A DNA stretch of 64,000 nucleotides from an uncultured Candidatus Binatia bacterium (GTDB taxonomy: Bacteria > Desulfobacterota > Binatia > UBA9968 > JAJDTQ01), in NCBI GenBank assembly GCA_965213675.1, contig CBDCAF010000018.1, positions 7,840 to 71,839 on the forward strand, in the 5' to 3' direction. A model generated the notes under the pieces. That model was not told the origin of the DNA and searched no databases. It saw only the letters and a program-made list of their open reading frames with translations. Shown here one piece after another: positions 1 through 9,515 of the stretch; positions within the stretch are counted from its first letter, which is position 1; the number at the start of each line of letters is the position of its first letter. Position numbers and translations under genes: made by a program.

Positions 1-583
1 CCCGGCCGATGGCGATGCGCGCGCCCGCCACGATGTAGGGGAGGGTGCTCGGCAGGATGACCTTGAGATAGAGATCGCGCTCCTTGCCGCCCAGGGACCG
101 GACCACGTTGATGAGCAGCGTGTCCACGGAGCGGACGCCGGCGAAGGCGTTGAAGATGAAGGGGAACACCGCCAGCAGGAAGATCAGGATGGCCTTGCCC
201 TTGACACCCACGCCGAACATCACGATGAGCAGCGGCGCCAGCGCCACCAGCGGGCTCGCGTACATGGCGGTGAGGAACGGGTCCAGCGCGAACGCCACGC
301 GGCGGCGCCATCCCATCACCACCCCCAGCGGAATGCCGACCACCACCGCGCCGGCGAATCCGTACACGAACGGCCTGCCACTGACGTAGAGGTCCTTCCA
401 CAACTCGCCGCTCAGGATCAGGTCGCCCGTGGCCGCCCACATCAGCGACGGCTTGGTGATGAAGAATGGGTTGAAGACGAAGACGTAGGTGAGCAGGAAC
501 TCCCACACCAGGAAGAAGCCCGCCACCGCCCCCGCCCCCAACAGGAAGCGCACGGTGCCTTCCGAAAGTCCCTTGATCCCCAT
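1..583 (-). CDS. ABC transporter permease, NitT/TauT (nitrate/sulfonate/taurine) family; 3' end lies outside the window
   Basis: Own translation of the minus strand from ATG 583: MGIKGLSEGTVRFLLGAGAVAGFFLVWEF...PLVALAPLLIVMFGVGVKGKAILIFLLAVFPFIFNAFAGVRSVD. Hydrophobic permease pattern. Starts 1 nt after the stop of the upstream ATPase gene. Missing from the ORF track because there is no stop inside the window. Confidence 0.8.
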   Translation of the reverse strand, partial: MGIKGLSEGTVRFLLGAGAVAGFFLVWEFLLTYVFVFNPFFITKPSLMWAATGDLILSGELWKDLYVSGRPFVYGFAGAVVVGIPLGVVMGWRRRVAFALDPFLTAMYASPLVALAPLLIVMFGVGVKGKAILIFLLAVFPFIFNAFAGVRSVDTLLINVVRSLGGKERDLYLKVILPSTLPYIVAGARIAIGR

Positions 584-584
584 G

Positions 585-1361
585 CTACTCCCTCGGGTTC
601 AGCTCGTCCTTGAGGGTGTTCCAGATGTCGAGCTTGATGTCGTTGAACTCGGGTGTCAGGCGCATCTCGTAGTCCCGCGGCCGCGGCAGGTGGATCTTGA
701 TGATCCGTTTGGTCCGGCCCGGCCGCGCGGTCATCACGATGACGCGGTCCGAGAGGTAGGCCGCTTCCTCGATGCTGTGGGTGACGAACAGCACGGTCTT
801 CTTGTGCTTGTCCCAGATCTGCAGCAACTCCGCCTGCATGAGGTCCCGGGTCTGCGCGTCCAGCGCGGCGAAGGGCTCGTCCATGAGCAGCACTTCGGGA
901 TCCGTGGCCAGCGCCCGGGCAAGCCCCACCCGCTGTTTCATGCCGCCCGACAGCTCGTGCGGAAAGTGTCCTTCGAATCCCGTGAGGCCCACCAGGTTGA
1001 TGAGTTCCTGGGCGCGCGGCCGGCGCGAGGCCACCGATTCTCCCTTGAGTTCCGGTCCCAACTCCACGTTGGCCATGACCGTGCGCCACGGCAGCAGGCC
1101 GAACTCCTGAAAGACCATCGCCCGCTCCACCCCCGGCCCGGTAATCTTCTTGCCGCCGATCTCCATTTCGCCGGCGTCGGGCTTGAGCAGCCCCAGGAGC
1201 ACGTTCAGGAACGTGCTCTTGCCGCAGCCCGACGGCCCCACGATGGAGACGAACTCGCCGCTGCTCAGCTCGATGTGGAAATCCTTGAGTGCCGTCACCG
1301 GATTGCGGTTCTTGGGCGTGAAGGTCAGCGTGATGTCGGTGGAGCGGATGTAGGGTTCCAT
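585..1361 (-). CDS. ABC transporter ATP-binding protein, NitT/TauT family
   Basis: ORF 585..1475 trimmed to MEPYIRSTDITLTF. Walker A GPSGCGKST, signature LSGGMKQRVGLARAL, Walker B LLMDEPFAALD. Confidence 0.9.
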   Translation of the reverse strand: MEPYIRSTDITLTFTPKNRNPVTALKDFHIELSSGEFVSIVGPSGCGKSTFLNVLLGLLKPDAGEMEIGGKKITGPGVERAMVFQEFGLLPWRTVMANVELGPELKGESVASRRPRAQELINLVGLTGFEGHFPHELSGGMKQRVGLARALATDPEVLLMDEPFAALDAQTRDLMQAELLQIWDKHKKTVLFVTHSIEEAAYLSDRVIVMTARPGRTKRIIKIHLPRPRDYEMRLTPEFNDIKLDIWNTLKDELNPRE

Positions 1362-1547
1362 TGGCCCGAAACTACTATAACGGCATCGGGGTGACAAGGG
1401 AGATTCCCAGCCCACGGCAACCCTCGTTTCGGCCCCGGGCGGCCAGCGCAAGCAGGCCGCGCCCCATGACCGCAAACCGGGGGCGACCGCCGGTCGCCCC
1501 TACGGGAACGTCCTGTGGCGCAAGCTCCTGGGCTGGGGATGGTTGCC

Positions 1548-2261
1548 CTACACCCCGAGATAGCGGTGCCGCACGTCCTCGGCGCTGGCCAGTTCGGCGG
1601 AGTCGCCGGTCCAGACGATCCGCCCCTTTTCCATGATGTAGTGGCGGTCCGCGATTCGCATCAGGGCTCCGTGGTTGCTGTCGATGAGGAGGATGGCCTG
1701 CCCCACGGCCTTGAGCCGGTCCAGGCAGCGCCAGATGTCGGCGCAAACGAGCGGGGCCAGCCCCTCGGTGGCCTCGTCCAGAAGGATCAAACGCGCGTTG
1801 GTCATGAGCGCGCGGCCGATGGCGAGCATCTGCTGCTCGCCGCCCGACAAGGCGCGGCCGTACAGGTTCCCGCGCGCCTCCAGCGCGGGGAACATCTCGT
1901 AGATGCGTTCCACGGTCCAGGGGTCCGCGCCGGGACCTTGGGAAGCGGCGCCGTATCCGCCCGCCACCACCAGGTTCTCGCGCACGGTCAGGTTGGGGAA
2001 GACCTGCCGCCCCTCTGGCACCAGACCGATGCCGGCCCGGGCCGCCATGTAGCTCGGCTTGTTCTGGATTTCGACGTCCTGAAAACGGATCCTTCCTGCC
2101 CGCGGCGGCGTCAGTCCCATGATGGAGCGCACGGTGGTGGTCTTGCCCATGCCGTTGCGGCCCATCAGGGTTACTATCTCGCCGGCGTCCACCCGCAGGC
2201 TCACGTCGAACAGGATCTGGCTCGCGCCGTAGAATGTCTGGATGCCTTCGAGTTCCAGCAT
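1548..2261 (-). CDS. livF: Branched-chain amino acid ABC transporter ATP-binding protein LivF-like
   Basis: Trimmed to MLELEGIQTFYG. Motifs GRNGMGKTT, LSGGEQQMLAIGRAL, LLDEATEGLAP. Last gene of a liv-type operon. Confidence 0.85.
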   Translation of the reverse strand: MLELEGIQTFYGASQILFDVSLRVDAGEIVTLMGRNGMGKTTTVRSIMGLTPPRAGRIRFQDVEIQNKPSYMAARAGIGLVPEGRQVFPNLTVRENLVVAGGYGAASQGPGADPWTVERIYEMFPALEARGNLYGRALSGGEQQMLAIGRALMTNARLILLDEATEGLAPLVCADIWRCLDRLKAVGQAILLIDSNHGALMRIADRHYIMEKGRIVWTGDSAELASAEDVRHRYLGV

Positions 2262-2301
2262 CGGGTTATTCCTGGAATCGCGCTGCTCCTGGCGCAAGGT
2301 C

Positions 2302-3051
2302 CTAGGCGTCCTCCCCCAGGTACGCCTCCCGCACTACCCGGTTGGCGCGGATGGCGTTCGGAGAGCCGGTGGCTACTTCGCATCCGCTTACCAGCACGGT
2401 GACACGATCCGCCAGGGTGAACACCGCGTCCATGTCGTGCTCCACCAACAGCATGGCCACGTGTCCCTTGAGTTCGCTCAGCAGCTCCACCATGCGCCGG
2501 GCTTCGTCCGGACCCATTCCGGCCATGGGTTCGTCCAGCAGGAGCAGCGTGGGGCGGGTGGCCAGCGCCATGGCGATCTCCAGTTGCCGCTGCTCGCCGT
2601 GAGCGAGGTTGCGCGCGAGGATCCCGCCGCGTGGGTCCAGGCCCACCTGCTCCAGGGCGTGGCGGGCGGGAGCCCGCAATGACGGGTCCGACCGCGCAGG
2701 ACGCCAGAAGCGGAAGGAGTGGCCGTCGTGGGCCTGCACCGCCATGGCGACATTGTCTTCGGCAGTGAATCCGCCGAATACCGACGTGATCTGGAACGAC
2801 CGCGCCAGTCCCAGCCGCGCGCGCTCGTGCATGGACCTTCGGGTAATGTCGCATCCGTCGAGGCGGATGGCGCCCTGGTCCGGCGCCACCTCCCCGGAAA
2901 GCTGCTTGATGGCCGTGGTCTTGCCCGCCCCGTTGGGGCCGATGAGCGCGTGGATCTCGCCGTGGACCACGTCCAGGGACAGGGAGTCCGTGGCCTTGAT
3001 GGCCCCGTAGGTTTTGGTGAGGGCGCGGGCGGAGAGCAGCGGTTCAGTCAT
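2302..3051 (-). CDS. livG: Branched-chain amino acid ABC transporter ATP-binding protein LivG-like
   Basis: Motifs GPNGAGKTT, LAHGEQRQLEIAMAL, LLLDEPMAGM. Overlaps the livM stop by 8 nt. Confidence 0.85.
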   Translation of the reverse strand: MTEPLLSARALTKTYGAIKATDSLSLDVVHGEIHALIGPNGAGKTTAIKQLSGEVAPDQGAIRLDGCDITRRSMHERARLGLARSFQITSVFGGFTAEDNVAMAVQAHDGHSFRFWRPARSDPSLRAPARHALEQVGLDPRGGILARNLAHGEQRQLEIAMALATRPTLLLLDEPMAGMGPDEARRMVELLSELKGHVAMLLVEHDMDAVFTLADRVTVLVSGCEVATGSPNAIRANRVVREAYLGEDA

Positions 3052-4093
3052 GGCCGTTTTTCTCTTCCTCGAACCAGCCCCAGATGCCGCGGCGGGCGAA
3101 AAGCACCACCAGGACCAGCACCGGCCCCAAAATGATCATCCAATGTTCCATGTACGCCGACAGCACCTCCTCCATGAGGAGCAGCGCCGCGGCGCCGATG
3201 ACCGGTCCGGCCAACGTGCCCATGCCGCCGAGGATGACCATCACCATGATCTCGCCCGAGACGGTCCAGTGCATCAGCGCGGGGTCCACGAACCCCATGT
3301 AGTTGGCCATGAGCGCGCCTGCGAGACCCGCCGCGGCGCCGGCCAGGACGAAGGCCGTGAGCTTGTAGCGGTAGACGGGGAAGCCGAGGGCATACATCCG
3401 CTCCTCGTTCTCCTTGCACCCTTGCAGCACCATGCCAAAACGGGAGCGCACCAGCCGCCGGCCCAGGAACAGGAAGGCGGCCAGGATGAGCAGGCACACG
3501 TAGTAGAACGCGGGCTCGTTTTCCAGGGCGAGGCCCGGAAGTCGGTTCCGCTGGGCGATGCTCAGTCCGTCGTCGCCGCCGTAGACCTCCAACGACACGA
3601 AAAAGTAGTAGAGCATCTGCGCGAACGCCAGCGTGATCATGATGAAGTACATTCCGCTGGTGCGCAGACTGACGGCGCCGATGAAAAGGGCCAGCAGCGC
3701 GGCGGTCGCTGTAGCCAACGGCCAGACCACCAGGGTGTTCTCGAACCACGGGAGGGTAAATGGCCACGCCGGGCCCGCGCCGCCGGTTCCATGGAAGGAC
3801 AGGATGGCGACCACGTAGGCGCCGGCGCCGAAGTAGGCGGAGTGGCCGAAGCTGACCATGCCGCCGAAACCCAGGATAAGGTCCAGGCTTGCCGCCGCCA
3901 GGGCAAAGATCAGGATGCGGGTCACCAATCCGATGAGGAAGGACTCGTCCAGCGACTCCGCCACGGGCGGCAGTACGAGCAGCGCGGCGGCGATGAGGCT
4001 GGCGAGCGCGGCTTTCGTCCAACGCCGGTAGCCGCCAGTTCCACCCGCGGCTACCGAACGGGAATGCGTGGCCGTTTCGAGTGAATCCTGCAT
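3044..4093 (-). CDS. livM: Branched-chain amino acid ABC transporter permease LivM-like
   Basis: ORF 3044..4450 trimmed to MQDSLETATH. Multi-TM sequence ...ASLDLILGFGGMVSFGHSAYFGAGAYV... The upstream part of the ORF is P/A/R-rich read-through. Confidence 0.8.
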   Translation of the reverse strand: MQDSLETATHSRSVAAGGTGGYRRWTKAALASLIAAALLVLPPVAESLDESFLIGLVTRILIFALAAASLDLILGFGGMVSFGHSAYFGAGAYVVAILSFHGTGGAGPAWPFTLPWFENTLVVWPLATATAALLALFIGAVSLRTSGMYFIMITLAFAQMLYYFFVSLEVYGGDDGLSIAQRNRLPGLALENEPAFYYVCLLILAAFLFLGRRLVRSRFGMVLQGCKENEERMYALGFPVYRYKLTAFVLAGAAAGLAGALMANYMGFVDPALMHWTVSGEIMVMVILGGMGTLAGPVIGAAALLLMEEVLSAYMEHWMIILGPVLVLVVLFARRGIWGWFEEEKNGHD

Positions 4094-4214
4094 GAGAAAG
4101 GCCGGCGCTCCCAAGCCGGGGTCCGGAAGTCTTCGCGGTGGACGCCGAACCGCGGGCATCCTTGGCTTGGCTTCCCAAGTGAAGGGAGTCCTGAAGCGAT
4201 GTGCGCGCCGCGCA

Positions 4215-5144
4215 TCACCGGTAACCGCCATACACCGGCAGCAGGCCGCGGGGCCGCCATACCAGGATGGCGGCCATGAAGATGTAGATGGACATGGAGG
4301 ACAGGGACGCGCCGACGCCGTTGGCGGTGGCGGGATCGAAAACGAGCCGCAGGGAGGCCGGCAGGAAGGCCCGGCCCATGATGTCGATGAACCCCACCAG
4401 AATGGAACCGACGAGCGCGCCGCGCACGGAGCCGATGCCGCCGATGACAATCACGACGAAGGTCAGGATGAGGATGTTCTCGCCCATGCCGACCTCCACG
4501 GCCCATACCGGGCCGGCCATGGCCCCGGCGAGTCCGGCCAGGAGCGCGCCGAGCCCGAACACCAGCGTGTACAGGAGGGGCACGTTGACGCCCAGCGCGC
4601 CAATGATCTCCTGGTTGCTGGCGCTGGCGCGGATCATCATGCCCATGCGCGTGCGCACGATGAGCCAGTACAGCGAGAAGGCCACCAGTCCCCCCACGAC
4701 GATGATGGCCAGCCGGTACAGTGGGTAGTCCACGCCGGGAATGATCTGCACCGACCCCGAGAGTGCCGCGGGAACGTCAAGAAACAGCGCGCGCGGGCCC
4801 CAGATGATCTTGGTCAACTCGTTGAAGAAGAGAATCAGTCCAAAGGTGGCGAGGACTTGGTCCAGGTGGTCGCGTCTGTAGAGTGTACGCAACGCCACCC
4901 GCTCCACCGCCATGCCCACCGCCGCCGAGGCGCACAACGTGACCGCCAGGGCCAGCAGAAAGGACCCGGTGAGTTGGTACACGGTGGCGCACACGTACGC
5001 GCCAACCATGTATAGCGAACCGTGGGCCAGGTTGATCATCCCCATGATGCCGAACACCAAGGTCAGCCCGGAGGCCATGAGGAAGAGCATGACCCCGAAC
5101 TGGAGGCCGTTCAGCACCTGCTCGAGGACGAGAAGGATGGGCAT
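4215..5144 (-). CDS. livH: Branched-chain amino acid ABC transporter permease LivH-like
   Basis: MPILLVLEQVLNGLQFGVMLFLMASGLTLVFGIMGMINLAHGSLYMVGAY, a typical LivH N-terminus. Confidence 0.85.
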   Translation of the reverse strand: MPILLVLEQVLNGLQFGVMLFLMASGLTLVFGIMGMINLAHGSLYMVGAYVCATVYQLTGSFLLALAVTLCASAAVGMAVERVALRTLYRRDHLDQVLATFGLILFFNELTKIIWGPRALFLDVPAALSGSVQIIPGVDYPLYRLAIIVVGGLVAFSLYWLIVRTRMGMMIRASASNQEIIGALGVNVPLLYTLVFGLGALLAGLAGAMAGPVWAVEVGMGENILILTFVVIVIGGIGSVRGALVGSILVGFIDIMGRAFLPASLRLVFDPATANGVGASLSSMSIYIFMAAILVWRPRGLLPVYGGYR

Positions 5145-5297
5145 GGGTCGCGAGACTGGCTGGCCTCCCGCCGGGATTCCGGGCTTGACCCGGAAAGTTC
5201 CGATTCAAGCCCGGAACCACAGGCGGGGGCGGTGTATGGACTGCCGGTGTCCCGGCTGGCAGGTCGGAGCCGGCGACACCGGGCCGATGGCGGGCCG

Positions 5298-6470
5298 CTA
5301 CATCTTGCACTGGCCGGCGTAGGCGTCCGCGTGGTCCGAGAAAGCCTTGCCGACGGTCTTGTTGGTCAGCACTCCCCCTTCGCGCACCACCTCGCGGACG
5401 TGGATGTCCTGCACCGGATGGTGATTGGGCCCGAACCGGAAATTTCCGCGCACCGACTGAAAGTCGGCCGTGCGCAGGGCCGCGCGAAAGGCGTCCTTGT
5501 CGTCGACCTTGCCGCCGGTGCTCTCGAGCGCCGCGCCGATCAGTTGCGCCGCGTCATAGCCCTGGCTGGCGTACAGCGACGGGAGCCGGTTGTGGGCCTT
5601 TTGGAAACCGGCCACGAAGGCCCTGTTGGCGGCGTTGTCGATATCCTTGTTCCACTGGGACGAGTTGATCACGCCCAGCGCGGCGTCGCCCACCGCCCCG
5701 AGGATGGTCTGATCGAAGGAGAACGCCGGACCGAACAGCGGAGTCTTCCCGGTCAGCCCCGCCTGATGGTATTGCTTGATGAAGCTGATGCCCATGCCGC
5801 CGGGCAGGAAGAAGAACACCGCGTCCGGGTTGGCCGCACGCAACGCCGCAATCTCCGCGGCGTAGTCCGTCTGACCCAGCTTGGTGTAGACCTCGCCGGC
5901 CAGCTTGCCCTTGTAGAAGCGCTTGAAGCCGCGCAGGGCGTCCTTGCCCGCGGGGTAGTTGGGCGCCAGGATGTAGGCGTTCTTGAAGCCTTTCCGTGCC
6001 ACGTATTGGCCCATGGCCTCGTGCAGGTTATCGTTCTGCCATGCCACGTTGAAGTAGTTGGGATGGCATTTCTCGCCCGCCAGAAGCGACGGCCCGGCGT
6101 TGGGGCTGATGTAGAAGATTCCGGCCTCCACCACCTTGGGCACCACCGCGATGGCGAGGTTGGACCAGATGATACCGGTCATGACGTCGACCTTGTCGCG
6201 CTTCATGAAGCGGTTGGCCACCTGCAGCGCCTTGCCCGACTTGCGCGCGTCGTCCTCCACCAGCAGCTCCACCGCCGTGCCGCCGAGCTTGCCGCCTCCT
6301 TGGTCCACGGCCAGCTTGAAACCGTCGCGTACGTCCACGCCGAGGGCGCTTCCGCCGCCGGACAGCGTGGTGATCATGCCGATCTTTACCTGGGCCGCCA
6401 GCGTGGCCGGTATGCCGATCAAGAGCGCCGCAGTGAGCGACGTTACGATCATTCTGATTGTCTTGCGCAT
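5298..6470 (-). CDS. Periplasmic branched-chain amino acid-type substrate-binding protein (LivJ/LivK family)
   Basis: Signal peptide MRKTIRMIVTSLTAALLIGIPATLAAQ followed by VKIGMITTLSGGGSALGVDVRDGFKLAV. First gene of the liv-type operon. Confidence 0.85.
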   Translation of the reverse strand: MRKTIRMIVTSLTAALLIGIPATLAAQVKIGMITTLSGGGSALGVDVRDGFKLAVDQGGGKLGGTAVELLVEDDARKSGKALQVANRFMKRDKVDVMTGIIWSNLAIAVVPKVVEAGIFYISPNAGPSLLAGEKCHPNYFNVAWQNDNLHEAMGQYVARKGFKNAYILAPNYPAGKDALRGFKRFYKGKLAGEVYTKLGQTDYAAEIAALRAANPDAVFFFLPGGMGISFIKQYHQAGLTGKTPLFGPAFSFDQTILGAVGDAALGVINSSQWNKDIDNAANRAFVAGFQKAHNRLPSLYASQGYDAAQLIGAALESTGGKVDDKDAFRAALRTADFQSVRGNFRFGPNHHPVQDIHVREVVREGGVLTNKTVGKAFSDHADAYAGQCKM

Positions 6471-6585
6471 TCGAATGCCCCCTTTTCAGAGTTCCGCGAA
6501 CATAGCGGGAACATGTGTGTATCGTCAAATTCGTTTCAATCCGGCGCTGAGCCAAGCGCCAAGGCTTCGAGACCGCGCGGGCGGC

Positions 6586-7842
6586 TCACGGCCCGAGTGC
6601 GCCGATGGGGATCACCCCTACATCGTGGCCGTCGTAACCCGCGTACCCGTATCCGTTCGGTACGATGACCGCGAGCGCCGACGGCCTGTCATGGTCGCTG
6701 TGCTCCATGCGCTGGGCGAGTTTGCGGAGGTTCCTGGCGCCGTCTTCGACCCATCGTTCGCCCAGCTTGACCTCGAACGCCGCCCACCGTCCGTCCGCCG
6801 TCTCCACCACCGCGTCCACCTCCAGACCTTCCTTCTCCCGGTAGTGGGACACCCGTGCGTCCACCGCCTGCGCGTATACGCGGAGGTCGCGGATGACCAT
6901 GGACTCGAAAAGGAGACCGAGAAACTCAAGGTCGGCCATCAGACGCGCTGGCGTGGCCCGCAAGGCCGCGACGGCCAGAGACGGATCCACAAAGTGTCTG
7001 ATCGGCGTGCCCCGGAGCGTCGTGCGCGAGCGAAGGCGCGGTGACCACGCCGGTTGGTTCTCCAGGATCATGAGCCGGTGGAGGGCGTCGAGATACTCGG
7101 CGACCGTGTCGGCGCGCAGGGGCCGGCCGTCGTCGCCCACGTCCGCGGCCAGCCTCGACATGGCCACGGGCGTGGCGACGTTGCGCGCGAGCGAACGCAG
7201 AAGACGGCCGACCTTGTCGGGGTCGCGGGCCTTGCCGGTGACTCGCGATATGTCGGTGCGCCGGACTTCGTCGAGGTAGCCGCGGTTTGCGCGCATCGTC
7301 TGCGGCAGCGTCTTGCCGATGTTGCCCGGCCAGCCCCCGGCGCACAGCAACTCGGCGACGCCTCGGACCGGCAAACCGGTTTGGGGCGCTCGTTGCGGAT
7401 TGCCGCCCAGGAGCGCTTCAAGCGAGATGTTCCCGGTGGAACGTCCCATCTCGTACAACGACAGCGGGCGCATGCGCAGCCGGGTGAAGCGGCCGGCGCC
7501 GCTGTGGCGGGTGATGTCGTCGGTGGGAACGGCGGAGCCCGTGAGGATGAACTGGCCGGGTGCGGCGCGCCGGTCCACTTCCCTGCGGACATGGTTCCAG
7601 ATGGCGGGTTCCAGTTGCCATTCATCGATCAGTCGCGGCGCCGCGCCATCCAGGAGGGCCGTGGGATCGGCGCCGGCCATGCGCCGCGCGTTGATGTCGA
7701 TGTCCAGCAATACCTGGCTCTGCGACGCCTGCATGGCGGTGGCGGTCTTGCCTGAAGCCTTGGGACCCTCCACCAGGACGGCCCCGGTGGCGTTCAACAG
7801 TTCCGCCAGTTCGGCGTCAACGATACGCGGGATGTAGGCCAT
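6586..7842 (-). CDS. AAA-type ATPase with C-terminal DUF4143-like region (orphan ATP-binding protein)
   Basis: Walker A VEGPKASGKT, later FILTGSA. The overall pattern matches the widespread AAA_14/DUF4143 architecture (from memory). Confidence 0.7.
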   Translation of the reverse strand: MAYIPRIVDAELAELLNATGAVLVEGPKASGKTATAMQASQSQVLLDIDINARRMAGADPTALLDGAAPRLIDEWQLEPAIWNHVRREVDRRAAPGQFILTGSAVPTDDITRHSGAGRFTRLRMRPLSLYEMGRSTGNISLEALLGGNPQRAPQTGLPVRGVAELLCAGGWPGNIGKTLPQTMRANRGYLDEVRRTDISRVTGKARDPDKVGRLLRSLARNVATPVAMSRLAADVGDDGRPLRADTVAEYLDALHRLMILENQPAWSPRLRSRTTLRGTPIRHFVDPSLAVAALRATPARLMADLEFLGLLFESMVIRDLRVYAQAVDARVSHYREKEGLEVDAVVETADGRWAAFEVKLGERWVEDGARNLRKLAQRMEHSDHDRPSALAVIVPNGYGYAGYDGHDVGVIPIGALGP

Positions 7843-7906
7843 GGTTCGAGCCCGGCCAGTGGACGGTTCACGGGAACACCTTGCCCGTGTCTGTCGCGAG
7901 TCGCGT

Positions 7907-8044
7907 GACCGGTGATTCAGCGGAAGTATAACCGGGGATTTGGCGTATTATCAACCGGTGGTTTGGCGGAATTACAACCGGGGATTTAGCGTATTATAAA
8001 CCGATGATTCGGCGCACATCCTGCGAGGGATTGGGCGGAAGTCC
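7907..8044. repeat. Six tandem 23-bp direct repeats, consensus about AACCGGKGATTTGGCGNAWTAT
   Basis: Units at 7907, 7930, 7953, 7976, 7999 and 8022 read directly: gaccggtgattcagcggaagtat / aaccggggatttggcgtattatc / aaccggtggtttggcggaattac / aaccggggatttagcgtattata / aaccgatgattcggcgcacatcc / tgcgagggattgggcggaagtcc. Confidence 0.85.
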
Positions 8045-8104
8045 GGCAGATCCGGGAGCCGCTCCGTCGCGTACGTTTCGATGAAAGAGCGGCCCCCGGA
8101 CGTT

Positions 8105-9133
8105 TCAGTTCGCCTCCTGGTACAAGTCCAGGGCCTTCACCACCGGGGAGTCGCTCATGGACAGCAGGATGGCGTCGCTGTCGGCGGATGTGTTGGCGTG
8201 GGCGTGCTGGTTCCATAGCGGCACGACGAAAGAATCGCCTTGGCGCCATTCGAAGACCTGGCCGCCAATGATGGTCGTGCCCTGGCCGCGGTAGGCGTGG
8301 TAGATCACGGTGCTCGTATGGCGGTGGGGCAGGGTTTCGTGACCGGGTTCCAGGAGTTGAACGGCGCACTGGACCGTGGGCATGGTGGGGCCGCCGGTGA
8401 CGGGGTTCAGGAACTCCAGCAGGTAGCCGTCGTAGGGGTCCCGGCCGGCCTTGTTGTGCCGGAGCCGTTCGAGGCTGCGGGCGGTGTCGGCCCACTTGTA
8501 ATGGAAGAACTGCCGCGGCGGCTTCATGGCGGGGCGCGCGTGGCCGTAGAAACCCGCGGTTTCCTCGCTGGTGGCCTCGGCGCTCTGTTGTTCCTGATGG
8601 TAGGGCTCGAAATAGAGTTGGTGCAGCGCCTGCGTGAGCGGAATGTCGAGTCCATCGAGCCAGATGATGGGCGCGCCGGAGTCGTTGACGTGGTCATGCC
8701 ACGTGAGTTGGGGCGTCAGGATCAGGTCGCCTTCTTCCATCACGCACTTCTGGCCGTTGACCGTGGTGTAGGCGTCCCGGCCTTGCAGCACGAAGCGGAA
8801 GGCTGCGGCGGTGTGACGGTGCGTGCGTGCGTACTCGCCGTGTTTCACGTACTGGAACGAAAAGTGAATGGTGTGGGTGGTGCCATGGCCGCCGGGGATG
8901 CCCGGGTTGAGGAGCCTGATGGTGCGGCGCTCCGCGTCGTCCAGGTTCACCACGTCCCCGGCCCGAATCATGCTTTCGTGCACGTCCTCCCAGCGCCAAA
9001 GGTATGGCTGCACCTGAGTGACGGGGTAGGGCGGCAGGTCCTCCAATCCCAGGCTCCAATGGCCTTCGAGACTCTTCCCGGCCATGTCCCGGTTGAGCTG
9101 GTCGATGGAATCGGTGATCCGTTCCTGTTTCAT
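8105..9133 (-). CDS. Gentisate 1,2-dioxygenase-family bicupin
   Basis: Trimmed to MKQERITDS. Sequences YLWRWEDV, RTIRLLNPG, HRHTAAAFRFVLQG, WLDGLDIPL and a second cupin half with HRHTSTVIYH. Confidence 0.8.
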   Translation of the reverse strand: MKQERITDSIDQLNRDMAGKSLEGHWSLGLEDLPPYPVTQVQPYLWRWEDVHESMIRAGDVVNLDDAERRTIRLLNPGIPGGHGTTHTIHFSFQYVKHGEYARTHRHTAAAFRFVLQGRDAYTTVNGQKCVMEEGDLILTPQLTWHDHVNDSGAPIIWLDGLDIPLTQALHQLYFEPYHQEQQSAEATSEETAGFYGHARPAMKPPRQFFHYKWADTARSLERLRHNKAGRDPYDGYLLEFLNPVTGGPTMPTVQCAVQLLEPGHETLPHRHTSTVIYHAYRGQGTTIIGGQVFEWRQGDSFVVPLWNQHAHANTSADSDAILLSMSDSPVVKALDLYQEAN

Positions 9134-9515
9134 GTCGTCTCCTCGAGGTCGGACTGGGCACGGCGTCAGAATACACCAGCGGCGGCACAAGGGAAACGCT
9201 CGCCGTCTTTCCGGGAGTCTCTCGATCTCCCCCGGGCACTGGACGACATCGGCGCATTGTTGCATTCGACGGCACGGCCGGTTATGTCCATTTCCAGGAG
9301 CCTGTCGGATCCGATCCAGGGTAGCGGCGACCGGCCGGTCGCCGCTACGGGAGATCGTTCAGTCACAATCATTCGGTCACAGTCGTTCCTGTCCCAGTAA
9401 TTGCGGCGTAATTACTGGGACAGGAACGAACCCCATCCGGCCCTCGACGCGGACGCTCGGTCAGCGTGGGATCACCCTGTCGTTGACGCGGGCATCGTTG
9501 ACACAGGACAACATC

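Noticed and set aside
7843-7860. tRNA T-arm-like string ggttcgagccc
   Set aside because: No acceptor, D or anticodon arms can be built around it, and it sits at the start of the ATPase gene region.
7907-8044. Possible CRISPR array
   Set aside because: The 23-bp units are directly adjacent with no unique spacers, and no cas genes are present. It was reported as a tandem repeat instead.
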